64,000 bases of DNA from the human T2T-CHM13v2.0 reference genome, Homo sapiens, in the NCBI RefSeq assembly GCF_009914755.1, contig NC_060929.1. One strand, given 5' to 3'. The position numbers and the translations under genes were made by a program. Shown in pieces: positions 1 through 13,775 of this stretch. Each line of letters starts with the position of its first letter. Within the stretch, counting starts at the first letter, position 1. The notes below the pieces were generated by a model, which did no database searches, was not told the DNA's origin, and was given only the letters and a program-made list of their open reading frames with translations.

Positions 1-146
1 CATGTCCAGCTAATTAAAAAAAATTTTTTTAGCGATGGGGTCTTGCTATGTTGCCCATGTTGGTCTTAAACTCCTGGGCTCAAGCAGTCCTCCTGCCTCA
101 GCCTCCTGAGTCTTTGGAGTTGAGGGCATAAGCCACCGTGTCTGGC
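1..146 (-). mobile_element. Alu (AluJ-like) left arm, cut by window edge
   Basis: gggtcttgctatgttgccc...ctcctgggctcaagc...agccaccgtgtctggc matches an antisense AluJ/FLAM left arm. Confidence 0.85.
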
Positions 147-217
147 TCCTAAAACAGGGGTATTGATGCTGGGCCTTAGCAATCAATTATCTGTGGGAGG
201 GCTTGACTGCATGTTAA

Positions 218-540
<323 letters not shown>

Positions 541-794
541 AAATTCTATATAATTTCTAAAAAGAAAAATTCTACCTATCCTCTCTGTGTAATTGACATA
601 AGATTTTGTCCTGGGTTCCCAGCCTCTGAAAGGCAATACCAGGTCAGTCTCCATTGACTTCAGCACTCAGTGGCCTGATAGGACTTTTGTGCTCGGCCGT
701 GCCACATGGCTGACTGTTTCAGAAGGAAACCAGACTGCTCTGCCCTTCAAAGAGTGGGAGGGAACTGGGTGACAGGGGTGACTTGGACAGTGTG

Positions 795-1165
795 TGTATT
801 AATCTTCTAGGGCTACCATAACAAGGTCCCACAGACAGGGCAGTTTCAATAACAAAACTTGGTGTTCTCATAATTCTGGAGGCTAGAAGTCAGATCAAGG
901 TTTTGGCAGGGCTGTTTTCTTCCCAGGTCTCTCTTTTTGGCTTGTCTTCTCCCAGTATCTTCACACGGTCTTTTCTCTGCTGTGCCTGTGTCCTAATCTT
1001 CTTTTCTTATAAGGTCACCATATTGTATTAGGGCCTGCCCTAATGACCTCATTTGCCTTAATTACCTCTTTAAAGACTCTATTTCCAAATACAGTCCCAT
1101 TCTGAGGTACTGTGAATGAGGACTTCAACATAGGAATTTTAGGGGCCTCAATTCAGCCCTTGACA
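795..1165 (-). mobile_element. MaLR solo LTR (MLT1A/B-like)
   Basis: TG...CA termini, MLT1 motifs (ggctaccataacaa, ttctggaggctagaagtc, attctgaggtact), 5-bp TSD gtgtg at 790-794 and 1166-1170. Confidence 0.85.
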
Positions 1166-1956
1166 GTGTGGTTCAGGAATGCAGTTCCAAAATACACTCA
1201 TGTTACCTAAGCCTTGAGTTCCTCAGGTGGGCCTCTGAGGGCCAGCAGGGAAGACAAGGTCAGCCAGCTTTAGGCTTGGGTGTGGACTTGGTGGCCACCA
1301 TTACTAGTTTAATAAGATCTTACTGGTGGCTTAGGCAAGTTGGCTGTTCCTCAGGAGGGTTGGCCAGGCCTGAAGTAGGTGGACAGTGTTATCCACAAGT
1401 AGGTAAGCTTTGCTTATTAACCCTTGTGTCTTGGCTACTTTCAGACAGGAGTTGAGAAAGAGGAGTAGGAATAGTTTGGGGAAGAATTTGTTGATAGTAA
1501 AAGTGTGATATTGTCCTTCAGACAAGACTCAGAACTTTGTCAAGAGTTGGGAACACCATGGCTAGAGCCTTCCGGTAATCTGCAACTTCCCTGTTCTTCC
1601 TGTTAGATGTGCTGTAAACAGCGACTGCCTACAAGAGAGGTTTGGAATCTGTTGACTTTGGCTGGGATGTAGCCTAAGGAGATTCATCGGTTTCCAATTC
1701 CTGTTCTCTCAGGATATTAAGTATTGCCATGAACTGGAAAATTTTTCTTTATTAAAATTGGAGGAAGAGTTGGAGTGTTTTGAAAGAGACCTGGAACAGG
1801 AAGGGAGCTGACATGAGAAGTTCCACTGCATTGCTTCAGAGATGATTTTTATCTTTTTTGTGTTGCCGGTGCTCAGTGGCTTAAATCTTCAGTACAACAA
1901 GGTGAGATAAACAAGTAAATAAGATTCTGGAAGTACTGACATGGTAGCTAGCTTGT

Positions 1957-2196
1957 GAGGCAGTGTAGTATGGTGACTAAGTGTACAGGCTCCGGAGTCC
2001 CACTAACCCGCATTCAGAACCTAGCTCTACTGCTCATCACCTGTGTGACCTTGAGCCAATTATTTAACCTCTCTGGGCTTCAGTTTCCCTATCTGTAAGA
2101 TGGTAATGATGTTGGTACTTACCACACTGGTTGTTGTGACAATCAGATGAGATAATGCGTTAGTGCCTGTAGACAATGCTCAATAGTTATTAGCCA
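1957..2196 (+). mobile_element. MIR SINE
   Basis: MIR core: tgtgtgaccttgagccaattatttaacctctctgggcttcagtttccctatctgtaa. Confidence 0.85.
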
Positions 2197-2283
2197 GTTA
2201 TTAGCCTCTGCTCTTGTTATCAATGTAGGATGATTGAGAGGCTGTTTCCCTAGTCAGTTGGCTGGCTCCTGACTCAGGGATAG

Positions 2284-2650
<367 letters not shown>

Positions 2651-2899
2651 AGAATTACATAATTTTTATGCTTGCTTTTCTATTTCTATTTTAGCTATGA
2701 GAACTCACTTTAGTCTTTTTTAGAGAACAGCAGTTACACTGAAGGAGGACATTTCTTTTAAATGGAAAAGAGTATTTTTTAAGTTATATTTTGTGTTTTG
2801 TTATAAATCTAAGGTTGGTTAGTTTTATTGGTTAAAAAAGTTTGCTAAGTGATGAGGGTCATGGATTCTTATTCACTGCACACATTTATTGAGATGTCC

Positions 2900-3640
2900 C
2901 TGCCACCTTCTAGCACCTTCCCCTGCTTCCTTTGCAGTCTCCAACCACACTGGCTGTCAGCCCTGGTCCACCACAGGGCCTTTGCACAGGCTGTCCCCAG
3001 GACCTGGAGCACTTTTGCCACTTCCCCTTCTCACCACTTTCAGACTCATTCGAGCCTCACTTTCCCCGGCTAGCCTTCCTGGTCCATCTGTGCTACTGCT
3101 GCTCTTTTCTTCTTATTTTTTTGAGACCAGGTCTCACTCTATCACCCAGGTTGGAGTACAGTGGTACAATCATGGCTCACTGCAGCCTCAACCTCCTGGG
3201 CTCAAGTGATTCTCCCACCTTAGTCTCCTGAGTAGCTGGGACCACAGACATGCACCACCATGCTTATTGTTTTTTTTTTTTTAATTTTTGTAGAGATGAG
3301 GTCCCGATATGTTGCCTAGGCTGTCTCAAACTCCTGGGCTGAAGCCGTCCACCCGCCTGGGCCTTCCAGTGTATTGGGATTACAGGTGTGAACCATGGTG
3401 TCCAGCCCCTCTGTGCTTCTGTAGGACTCTGATTCTTTCCCTTCTACAGCATAGAGATATTGCTAACTGTACACTCATTTGGGTACAATTTGATTGAAGT
3501 TTGGCTCATCATTAGATGGAAAGCCCATGAGGGTAGGAACCATGTCTTTTTTTGTTTACCATCATATACTGAGCAGCTGAGAGCAACTTGGTGCATGATC
3601 GACACTGGATAAATATGTGTTGATGAGTGAATGGATATCA
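2900..3640 (+). mobile_element. L2 LINE 3' fragment interrupted by an AluJ
   Basis: L2 motifs (cagggcctttgcacaggctgtcccc; aagcccatgagggtaggaaccatgtc; aaatatgtgttgatgagtgaatgga tail). Confidence 0.7.
3105..3407 (-). mobile_element. AluJ
   Basis: gagaccaggtctcactct...cagcctcaacctcctgggctcaagtgat (AluJ type); approximate TSD tctgtgct(a/t)ctg. Confidence 0.9.
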
Positions 3641-3699
3641 TTTTGATGTAAAGAGTGTTAGGTACAGTGAAGGCTGCAGCGATAAAGCCTGCTCAATCT

Positions 3700-4440
3700 C
3701 TTCCCCTAAGGAGCATCTGGTATCATAGAGAACACAATTAAATAGTGCCATAGGAGGAGTACATGAGTGAAGCCACAATTCACAGGAGGATAGTCACTCT
3801 CCATTAGTGGAGAAGCAAAGGCATCTTGTAGGAGATGCCATGTGCGCCCTGGGCCTTGGAGAAAGAGGAGTTGAGTCAGAAGAAATAGGAAGAAGAGACA
3901 CATGAGATGGAAAGAACTGTGTGAGCAAAGGCTTGTGAAGTGCAGTGTGGCTTCAGGGAATGGGAGTCACATGGTTTGGCTGGAGCCCAGCTGCCTTGCA
4001 GGGAAGCAGTGGGTGGTAAGTTGGAATGTATGTCACAGCCACATTGTGGCAGGCCTTCAGTGCCAGGCAAGTCATTTGGGGTTGGTTCGGAGGAAAAGAT
4101 AGGGGGAAGGTGTGATCAGTCCTTGAGCAGAGGGTTAGTGTGATCAGCACTGTGCTCAAGAAGATAGTGTCCAGTGTGGTTTGCATGGAGTGTGGAGGCA
4201 GGAGCAGCGGGAGGGGGAGCAGGTAGGAGACAGAGTGTGGGAAGAAGAGGGCTTACGGAGAAACCTACAAGTGGGCTGTGTAGTGAGGAGAGAGAGCACG
4301 TGGATGGGGCTTGATCACTGACTAGATGCAGGAGCCAGGGCAGAGGGAGGGGACAGAGAGGGTGATGGGATTTTGCATCTTGGGCTTCTGAGACTTTAAT
4401 GATTCTTTTAAATTAAGGAACTGGAAAACACTCAGCATGG
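3700..4440 (-). mobile_element. L2 LINE fragment (degenerate)
   Basis: Purine-rich L2-like text (gcaaaggcttgtgaag, ggtttggctggagc, caggccttcagtgccaggc). Confidence 0.55.
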
Positions 4441-5847
4441 TCCTGGAAGTGTGGGAAGTTCAGTAAATGTTAGTTCTCTCCCCAGTGCCAGAAATCAGGA
4501 ACTCAGGCAGAGAAGCAGATGGGAGGGGAGGGGGAAGGTGGAGGTGCTGGCACTGTATTCAGGTGATGAGACCCAGCAGCTGGCTGGAAAGAGCAGGAGC
4601 AGAGTTGGCAAGGGACAGTGGCGAGTGCCACCTTCACAGAGTCATTGTTGAAAACAAGGGAGAGAGAAGAGGCTTGGGTAGAACCAGGGAACCATTCCCC
4701 TTTCAGGGTAAGAGGAGGAAAAGTGAGAGGCAAGTGCAGAACAGTCAGAGATAAAGGGGAAAGGCACTGAGAGGATGGTGCCTTGCAGTCCCGGGTTCAT
4801 AAGACAGGTCTTCCTGCTGTAGAGGTGAAGGATAAGAGGGCTGTTGGTGGCCTGTGGGTGGGATTGGGTCTGGGGTCGGGCCTCGATTTCAGCCTGCCAT
4901 CTTTGTTACTCACGTTCCCTGACCACAGACCTAATCCCCATCCCTGGGTGGCCATGTAGTAAGTGCCCACCTCTCATGAGGTGGTGTGGACACATCAGCT
5001 CAACTTCAGTGCTGGCCTCAGTGACTTGCCAGGAGCAGTCATTACATCTGTGCTCGCCAAATTGCACTGTTTGCCCCTGCTGCAGTGATGGTGGAGAGTG
5101 GTTGTATCAGCATTATTTTTATAGGACCAGCCATACTAATGTTGAAAAGCTCAGGAGACTTACTTAAAATTCCTGGACAGAACCTGAAATCTACTTGGAG
5201 TTTGGGGAATCAGAGTTTTAGTTGTGATTCATTTGTGAACTTTGACAGCTTTGTTGTCTTCTCTGAGCTTTAGGTTTTGGAAATGAGATATGAGTTATAG
5301 GGTGTCAGAACAGGTTCTGGGCTTGTATTTAAGGTTCTGCTTTCTCTTTCTTAGCATGTCATCCAGTCCTAACACCAGGAATGTAGTTTCTGTTCCAGTA
5401 TTTGTTAGGAGTTGGGACAGCTTGGGTATTGGCAGGCTTCCTTGGTTCTGCCTGGCCTGGAAGTGTATCTTTCCTTCCACCGTGCCATGTGGGACCACAA
5501 AGGAGAATGCCATGTACCAATTATTGTAAAAAAAAAAAAAAAGTCACTCTGGTTTAACCCTCTGTGATCTGGGACCAAGCCAGGCTCCACTGGGCCTTGT
5601 TCTGGCCAGCCAAGCCATGCCCCGGTCAGGTGGCACAGCCTCTCCCCCAGCCTCTTACCTCTGCACACCCTTGTTTCTTGGTGCTGTGCCCATAGGTGTG
5701 GCATTGCTGGCTGGGGTCAGGGACTGACGGCACAGGAGACAGGGCTGCTGGAGGGAGGACCTTTTGGTGGCTGCACCGTCTGCTGTCACTCTGACAGTAG
5801 GTCTACTTGGGGTCTCTGTCCTGTCCTTTAATATCATTTAAAAAAGC

Positions 5848-6062
5848 AAGGTAGTGAGATGGCTCAGACTCTGGAGTTTGGATCCTTTATTTATTAGCTA
5901 TATCACCTTGGAGATCACTTAATATTTCTGAGTCTTCATTTCCTCATGTATAAAATGAGGAAAATGACATTACCACCTTCATGGGGCTCTCAAGAAAAAC
6001 AAAATGAGGTAACAATTGTAAAGAGCCCGATTCACATGCTAACATACACAGTAACTGTAAGC
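5848..6062 (+). mobile_element. MIR SINE
   Basis: tcacttaatatttctgagtcttcatttcctcatgtataaaatgagg core. Confidence 0.7.
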
Positions 6063-7344
6063 TGTGTTTGTCGTCATTGTTTCCCCACTATCAGCAGGAG
6101 GGAAGAGCTCCAGGTACCCTCCTGTTTGCTCCTTCTTGTGGCACCTCTCACCTGGAGTAATGTGGAGGGGACCCACATTAGAATGCCCCTTCCCTGACCC
6201 TATGATAAGGTTCAAGCCCTACCCTCTTTTGGGGTATATCTGGGAAGGGTGCTCACCCAGCTTCTAGCCTTCCTTCAACTCCACCTGGACATTGGAGCCA
6301 GAGCTGTGCAGCACAGTGAGTCTTAGGGGTGATTTGGTTGCAAGGAGAAACTGCCTGCTCAGACCAGCTAAAGAGAAGTTTATTGCTAGGTTACTGGGAT
6401 GTCCCTGTGCCTACTTTTTCTCTAGGGCAGCTGGTGTCTCCTCTTACTTGCCTCTATGGACTGGTTTTCTGCCTCAGGAGGTCACCCTAGTCCAAGTCGA
6501 AAACATTCCTCAGTTTGCTTGTCTAACGTCAATTAACAAGTTCCTCTGTGCCCTAATTACAAATTCCCCTGAAGAAAAGCAGATTGGCCCCAGTAGGTCA
6601 GAGGTCAACCATGGTCCTTGCAGTGGGGAGTCTGGGCTGTGGGTGGGTGGGCATGTTTCATCTCACTGATGGGGTAGACAGGTCACAAAAAGGACACCTG
6701 GACAAGTCAGTCACACCCACAGGTGACATAATTTTCTGGCCTTCTGGCAGGAGGGAAAGCCCTCTCCTCCCATAGCCTGCTCTGCCAGGCATGTGCAGAC
6801 TGAGGCTGTTAGGTCTTCTGGAGTTTGCCAGAATAGACAGCCTTCTGCATCACAGGCCATGCATGCCTCATAAAATCCTCACATGGTTCCAGATCTCTGG
6901 ATTACACAAACTGATGTTACCTGAACAGGAAGAGTAGTCATATATAGGTGATAGGGGAGATGATTTTAGGTGTACAGTGACACAATGTTTTATACTGATA
7001 ATTATATGCTGTATTTGGAAAACTTATAACTAAGGATCAAACCCACAATTTCACAATCATTACATAGAAAATTTACTTTCATTATAGATGTAAGTAATAA
7101 TGAGTTTCTTATAAAAATTTACATAGTATGGACTTGATTTTTTTTTTAAAGTGAAGGTGGGATAATTGAATGATGAAAGTTAAGAAGCCCTGACTGGTGT
7201 TGCATACACCAGGGTTCTTACCTGTGAACCTGTGGGAAGACTTCAGGAGGCCTGTGAAGCCCTTGAAGTTGTAGACAACATTTTGGATTTACTTACCGGT
7301 CTGCCGTTGTTTGTGGAGGAGGGAGAGTGAGTCATCGCTTGGTT

Positions 7345-7512
7345 TAGAAATTTAGTGTTGGAACTTTCTGGGGGTTATTTATTAAAGGTTCCAATTTCCT
7401 TCCCCAGAGATTTTGATGTAGCAGTGGAAATGGAATCCACGAATGTGCATTTCACATGCATTTAGATGAGGAGTGCAGGTGGTTCTCAGACCTCACATTG
7501 AGGAACACTGCT
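7345..7512. mobile_element. MER5-like hAT-Charlie fossil
   Basis: ccccagagattttgat...gcaggtggttctcagacctcacattgaggaacactg resembles the MER5 terminal region. Confidence 0.5.
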
Positions 7513-8608
7513 TATCAAGAGTTTCAGGAGACCCCAACGTTGAGAATTCAGTTCTGAGCCATCCCAACTTCTTAGGATTGTTGTGCGGTGGTTAAAACTT
7601 TCTTGTTAAGAGTTTTTGAGATCTTTGGACGAAAGGTTTCTGGATAAATTTATATCACAAATTAGTAAGGGTTTCATAGTAAGGTGGCTTTCTTTTCCCT
7701 GATCAGTCATTTTGTGGTTGGGTTTGATCTTTTTAGTCCAAGATGCTTAAAAAAACAAAAAAACAAACAAAAAAAACCCACCTAAGGCTCATATTGAACA
7801 TTGCCATCCTGGAGCTGAAGGCGGTAGAATAACTTCAATTCAGTGTTAGAGAGAGACAATCACAAGTGTTTGTGAGCGGCTACGATGGCCTCCAGCATGG
7901 TTCTCAAACAGCAGGGGTGTATCTGTGCAGCAGTGGGATGGGCAGAGCTGGACCTTGCCCTAGACATGCAGAGCAGCAGTTACACTCTTCCATTTAGAAA
8001 ACAAAAGCCTTTTCTTTTGAATGGATCTTGATCTTTGCATGTTCATAAAGGCCATAATAATAAAACATAAGAATGAAACATTTTTAAGCAATTGCAATGT
8101 GTCAGGCACATCACGTATGCATTTTCTTATTTTTCCCGGAACATTATGAAGTGGAGTCTATTCTTGATTGCATTTCATAGACAAGGAAACTCAGACTTCA
8201 AGGGTAACTAGGTAGGACAGCCAAGATGACTAGCCTTCTGTCCCTCCACCTCCGCTAGAAATCAAATTACCCGGGAAGGCAATGCCAGGTAGTGGTGGGA
8301 TTAAGTAGCTTTTGCTCTGCTTAGAGCAGACAGGATGCCAGGAATGAGGACTCCTTGAGGTGGAACTCAAGTGGAAGATGAGTAAACTATATCTTAGAGC
8401 TATATTACAGAGCTTCTTGGTATTCTGTTTTTATTTTCCTTTTATTATCCCCTATCTTTAAGGCATCTTAACTATGTTTCTGTGGACCAAGAGAAGAGCG
8501 GGTGAATTACTCACACATGGGCCAAAGTGATCAAAGGAGTGCATCTCTCTATTCCACCCCAAGCTAGTTTGGTGTTGGCAGCAGTTGGCAGGCTTCCTAA
8601 GGTAGAGT

Positions 8609-8610
<2 letters not shown>

Positions 8611-8638
<28 letters not shown>
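8611..8638 (+). repeat. poly-T tract (T28)
   Basis: Directly visible; no adjoining Alu body. Confidence 0.95.
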
Positions 8639-8643
<5 letters not shown>

Positions 8644-8869
8644 TGGCATTTCAAGGACTGCCTTACAGAGGTGGGAGGTTCTTTTGATGGCCCATAGTAG
8701 AGTTTGGAAATTTTGTGTGTGTATTCCCATACCTGCAAGTGCACTCTTACATTTTTCTAGGTGGTAGAGTCCTTGACTTCCATTATAGTCTCAGAGTCAT
8801 CTGTAACCCTGAAAAGATACCTTACAGCAAGGGGAATGTTTTATTGCTGGGCCATGGCTGGGAATTATC

Positions 8870-9016
8870 ATTCCTGGACCAGCACCATCAACATCGTCTG
8901 GGAATTTGTTAGAAATTCAGAATCTTGGGCCCCATCTGGTAGCTGCAGAATTGGAACTGGCATTTTAACAAGATACCCAGGTGATTTATCTACACATTAA
9001 AATTTGAGAAACACTT
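8870..9016. mobile_element. MER5A hAT-Charlie MITE
   Basis: ggaccagcaccatcaacatcgtctgggaatttgttagaaattcagaatc...cattttaacaagatacccaggtgat...aaatttgagaaacact. Confidence 0.8.
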
Positions 9017-9837
9017 GGACTGAGTAACCCTTCCCATTTGGTGACAATTTCCAGTGCCAACTCTGTGTAGGAGGAATTTTTATTAAGAAAAGCCATCTTT
9101 CCTTACAGCTTTGTTTAGAAAGTAGGGTGCCTCTGGTAAGTGTAATAGTTCTCATCTTTGCCCCTTACGTATTGGTGCTCAGCTGCTTATAAATTGAGTC
9201 AGATCTAGATAAAGGAATTTTTGTCCTACATAGATTAATTGACATGAGCTGTTAGGTTGGCCATAAAGGGCTGACCCAGCCCTTTGAGGGAAATAAAAAG
9301 TTAGAGATGACAAACTATTAACCTGTTAAACATACTCCAATCCCCCATAAAGCTGTTCTTCTAAGAGTTCATTGGTGGGTTTAAGGAAATGATTGCACTG
9401 GCTTCTCAACTTGTCATGATTACCTTGGAACAGTCTTTACTGGTCTCTCTTCTTCCTCTTCTTGCCTTTTGCCTAGAATTGACTCACTCTCCATCTTTCT
9501 ATCACACTAACTGTTTGATGAATCATCAACAGTAGGGCAGTTTAGTCTTAATTTGCTCAGAGTGCTGCCTGATGACTCAGACTCACAGTTAATAAATGCA
9601 GCATCTTTAGTTTTGTGATTATATGTTTTCTGGTGACATACATGCTGGGCTCTGTTAATCTCGAAAGGGGAAGGCTATCTTCATTTTGGCATGCTTTGAT
9701 CTGGCAGCTCCTCCAGTTAATGCTGAACTTTAGCTCACTGTTGAACATTAACTCTCTGTGAGTGTGTTGGCAAGAGATCTGCAGGGTTAAATCTCGGTAT
9801 AATTCCTAAATAGGAAACAAGTATAATGTGGTACTGG

Positions 9838-9992
9838 AGATACATACACAAATACACACACATGGTGTTTGTGTACATATTTATCAGATACCATATATAT
9901 ATATAGCTGATATATATGTATATGTATAATATATATACACATATATCTCACCATGTGTGTGTATGCACACACACCATACATATATGTATATT
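9838..9992 (+). repeat. Degenerate (TA)n/(CA)n/(TG)n low-complexity tract
   Basis: Alternating purine-pyrimidine runs (atatatatag, tatatgtatatgtata, cacacac). Confidence 0.85.
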
Positions 9993-10304
9993 CATGTCAC
10001 AATTAAAGTCCATTCTAAATTACAGTAAAGCATTCGAATGGTTGGATTGTGTGTGCTTCTTACTGGTCTTCATCTGGAACCTTGGACATTATATTGGTTA
10101 TATGACAGTCTCTCCAGTGGAGGAGTTGTTGAAGGCTAAACCCCATATTATTCCCTTTATATCCCTAACCTCTAGCCTGGTGCCAGGCACGTGGGAGACC
10201 AGTCAGTAAATAGTTGCTGAGTGATGGATGAACCATCTAGGGATCAATAACTGTGCTGGTTTACCAGTGAGCCCTTATTTATTGAAATATGAATGATGTT
10301 GATA

Positions 10305-10530
10305 ATAGCAGCTATCATTTATTGTATGCTTACCATCAAATAGGCACTTTAAATACATTTCATTGTATAATTCAATAACCTTATAGGGCAAGGGGCATCA
10401 CTATTCCCATTTTACAGCTGAGTTTCTTATAAAGTAACTTGGTCAGTGTCATTCAGCTGGTGAAGGTGGAGCTGAGGGTGGAGCTGAGGATTGGACCCTT
10501 GGGCCTCTGGCATGGAAGCTCGTGCTAAAC
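10305..10530 (-). mobile_element. MIR SINE
   Basis: atcatttattgtatgcttacc...cccattttacagctgag...aagtaacttggtcagtgtcattcagctgg. Confidence 0.7.
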
Positions 10531-13500
10531 ACATGAGCATTTAATTCTCTTCAGGTAAGGACACTGACCTGTAGAAAGGGATAGGAAGCAGCAAGCCATG
10601 GCTTCTGCATGGCTCCTGTAACATGATCAGTATATGCAGATTACAAATGTTGGCTACCCCAGTGCCTGGTGCTCCTCCCTTCATTCAGTGTGCCCCTCCC
10701 TTCTGTGTTTTTTTTTCTTTCTCTTCTTCCCTGCAGAAATAAAGCCACAGACATCTGAATGTGTTCCCACTTCTCCCATTGTCCACCCTAAAGCCTGGCT
10801 CTTGGGACTGTGTGACGTTATACACCACTCTTTTTGTTTTTGGAACAAACTCTGTTACTCTGCCGTTTGCTGGTGTTATGGCAAACTAATCTCAAAGCAC
10901 TGATCATAAGCAAGTACTATAAGAAAAAAAAAATCCTGTTTCCTTCCTCAAGGTGTAGGACCAAGGGTCTGGTTTGAAAAGTATTTTTATTTTTTAGATT
11001 TTGCTAAAAATCAGTGTCCTGCTGTCTTACTGAAATATGAATGTCACGGTGTGTGTGTTAACAAGTATTTGATGGCAATAATTGCTTTTGACAGATTATA
11101 GCTTGCTGATGGTTATTTAAAGGCAGTCTTTCCTTAGGCTACTTCTGTCTACCACTGCTTTGGGTAAAATGATTTGTTCTCTCATAAGGCCTGTCGTGAC
11201 AGAATTTTCACTTTTTAAAAGTGGTCGTCTTATTTGTAAAACTGAAAAGATCTTTTCTTTCAGTGGTTTATAGACAAATAACAAAGCAATGGATGAGTAC
11301 TGTAAAAGTTTGGGGACGACTTCACTTATTTTTGTGTGTTCCAGGGCTGGATGTGACTCATGCACATTTGGGGACCAGCTCCACAATGGGTTTCACACCA
11401 TAATTTTTTGTTTGTGGAACACTGTATGAGTTTCAGTATGTTGTGTGTATGTGTGTGTGTGTGTACATTTGCTGCAGTTCGCGTTCCCATGCTCTGTGTC
11501 TTAACAGCTGTGTCCTGGGATGTTCTTGCAATCCAGGTTCTTGAGGATGTGTTGTTGCTTGCTGAGTGGAGCTCTGCTAGTTGCTCTTGCATTGGGCAAA
11601 ATCGGAATATTAAAAAATCCCCAAGAGCTAAGCATGGAGTAGGAAGCATAGTTCCTGAGGGTCGTCCCTATCAAACACCACACCCTGGTTCTCTAAGACA
11701 GGACAGAGCTGGAAGTGTGTGGTCCCCAAGGCTCAGTACTTACTGGTTTAGCTGACATCCCACAGGCAAGGCTGCAGCCCTAGCATCAGCAGCTGTATAA
11801 GCTCCAGAGTGGGTGTCCCGGCAAGAGAGCCAGACAGGTGATTTGTTAAATTATTACCTGTGTGTAGCTTCTTGCCCCTGGTGCCAGGCAGCATGGAGCT
11901 CGGCAGGATTAAAAGGAGGTTGATTACACAGCCAGCAAAGGTAGGAGGTGAGACTGCCAGCTGCTACTGTGCTTAACTCTTGAGACACCCACAGAAAATG
12001 GTCCCTGCAGCTGTGTCTCTGTGGGACTTAAGAACATATAGGGAATGAGAGATCCAAACACAATGCATTGACAATGATAGGATTTCCTAGGAAGCCTTAT
12101 TAATGGGCAGGGCACCAAGAGTGCCACGGAAGGGGCTAGGCTTTCAGCAAAATGTGCAGGAACTATGTTTCAGGAGTGGGGGAGAATCTGGCAAATGTTA
12201 AATATATATTGAGGATCATCTGTCCTCTGCTACTACAGGCAGAGAAGGGAGAAAATGGGCTCTTAACTCTTATTGGGGCAACCAATGAAAATGGATCAGC
12301 AACTCTTTTCATTCATTATAATTATTCAGTGTCTCCTATATGTAAGAACAAGAGGACCCCTCCCCTCTCCTTCAAGCTTGGAAAGTGGGCTGGGATAAGT
12401 AGTAGAGGCAGCTGTGGAGCATACTGTTCTCTTGCTGTGCGATCTTGGGCATAATAACAGTGCCTCCTTTACAGGATAGTTGTAAGGATTTAAACCAGGT
12501 TATGTATTGAAAGTGCTTACAACAGTACCTAGCACACAGTACATGCTCTATGTTAGTAACAGTAACTTGTTATTGCTACTACTGCCATCCTTATTGAGTA
12601 AGCAGGGGTCCTTGTGGAGGAAGAGGGTAGTTGGGAGCCCACTCAGGAGGTGGCCATGAGGGACAGAGGCCCCCTTCCATCCACTGTTGGAGGGGCTGGA
12701 GTTCTTGGTGCCCTTCCTGCTCGAGGTGCACATGGGGCTGAGGTTATGGAGATGAGAAGGAGGAGCCTGAAGGCTGGTCTCCTTCCCGTTGTCCAGCCCA
12801 GCAGGGGACCTATGTCAGCAGCCTCTCCTTGGGGACTGCCTGAGTGTCGTCACCCTGAGCAGCACAGGCTCCTTGATTTAATTTGTTTCCTGCCCACAAG
12901 CCACCTGAAGTTCAAAGGGTTATTATTTTTCTATTGTAATTCCTTAGCGGGACGATACATTCCTTCTGGGACCTGCAGGACTTTTTTTGGAAAGCTAAAT
13001 TGGCAACACTGACTCAAGGAAAAGGCAAGTAGTTAAGAGCCGATATTCCGAAGCAAGGTATTCTAAAAAGGCTTTTCTGTCCAGTAGAGACTCCAGATCA
13101 GAGAGCAGGAAACTTTTCCTGAGCCAGAAAGTATCATTTATAGGTGTCCTTGGCGGAATCCCTCAGAACACAGTTCTCGAATCTGCCTGTAACAATGTTG
13201 CCTTTCCCGTGCTGTGTGCTGGCTTGGGAATTGTGGAATTCTGCACATGATGCATCTGGGTATTTAGTTTCTGGTGGCCGAGGAGAGATGATGAGGAAGC
13301 AAAGATAGAAGACCTAGATTTTCTTATCGATTTGCTGGTTAACCCAGGGAAAATTACTCTGTGCTTCATTGATAGAATTAGAACATCTTTCTGTCTCACG
13401 AGAGTGTTAATGACCAGTCAGACAGTGTTGAATCTGGGAATTATTTTTCAAGGAGGGGGATATGATATGTGATCAAATTGTCTTTTATATATTTAACAGA

Positions 13501-13629
13501 CTAATGAACTGATGCTTCGTCTGTCCATTATTATCAGGGAACGGAGGCTGCTTCCTAGGTCAGATTTCCAGATAACTGGAGATTGTCCATACACTTGTCA
13601 TGGTAGAGTAAGACTCACATCCGGGGTGG

Positions 13630-13775
13630 AGGAGGCGCTGTACACAGTTAACTCATTTAACCCCTACCACAATCCCATCATGTTAGGAATTGTCATACTA
13701 CCCATTTTGCAGAGCAGGAAATTGAAGTTTAAAGAGGGGTAAATAAGTTTAAAGAGGGGTAAATAAGTTGCCCGG
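13630..13775 (-). mobile_element. MIR SINE containing a 20-bp tandem duplication
   Basis: aactcatttaacccctaccacaatccc...cccattttgcagagcaggaaattgaag. Confidence 0.75.

Noticed and set aside
4521-4545. G-rich run as a G-quadruplex
   Set aside because: Only three runs of three or more G; it does not meet the canonical pattern.
8611-8638. T28 tract as tail of a processed pseudogene
   Set aside because: No adjacent mRNA-like or Alu/L1 body and no clear TSD.
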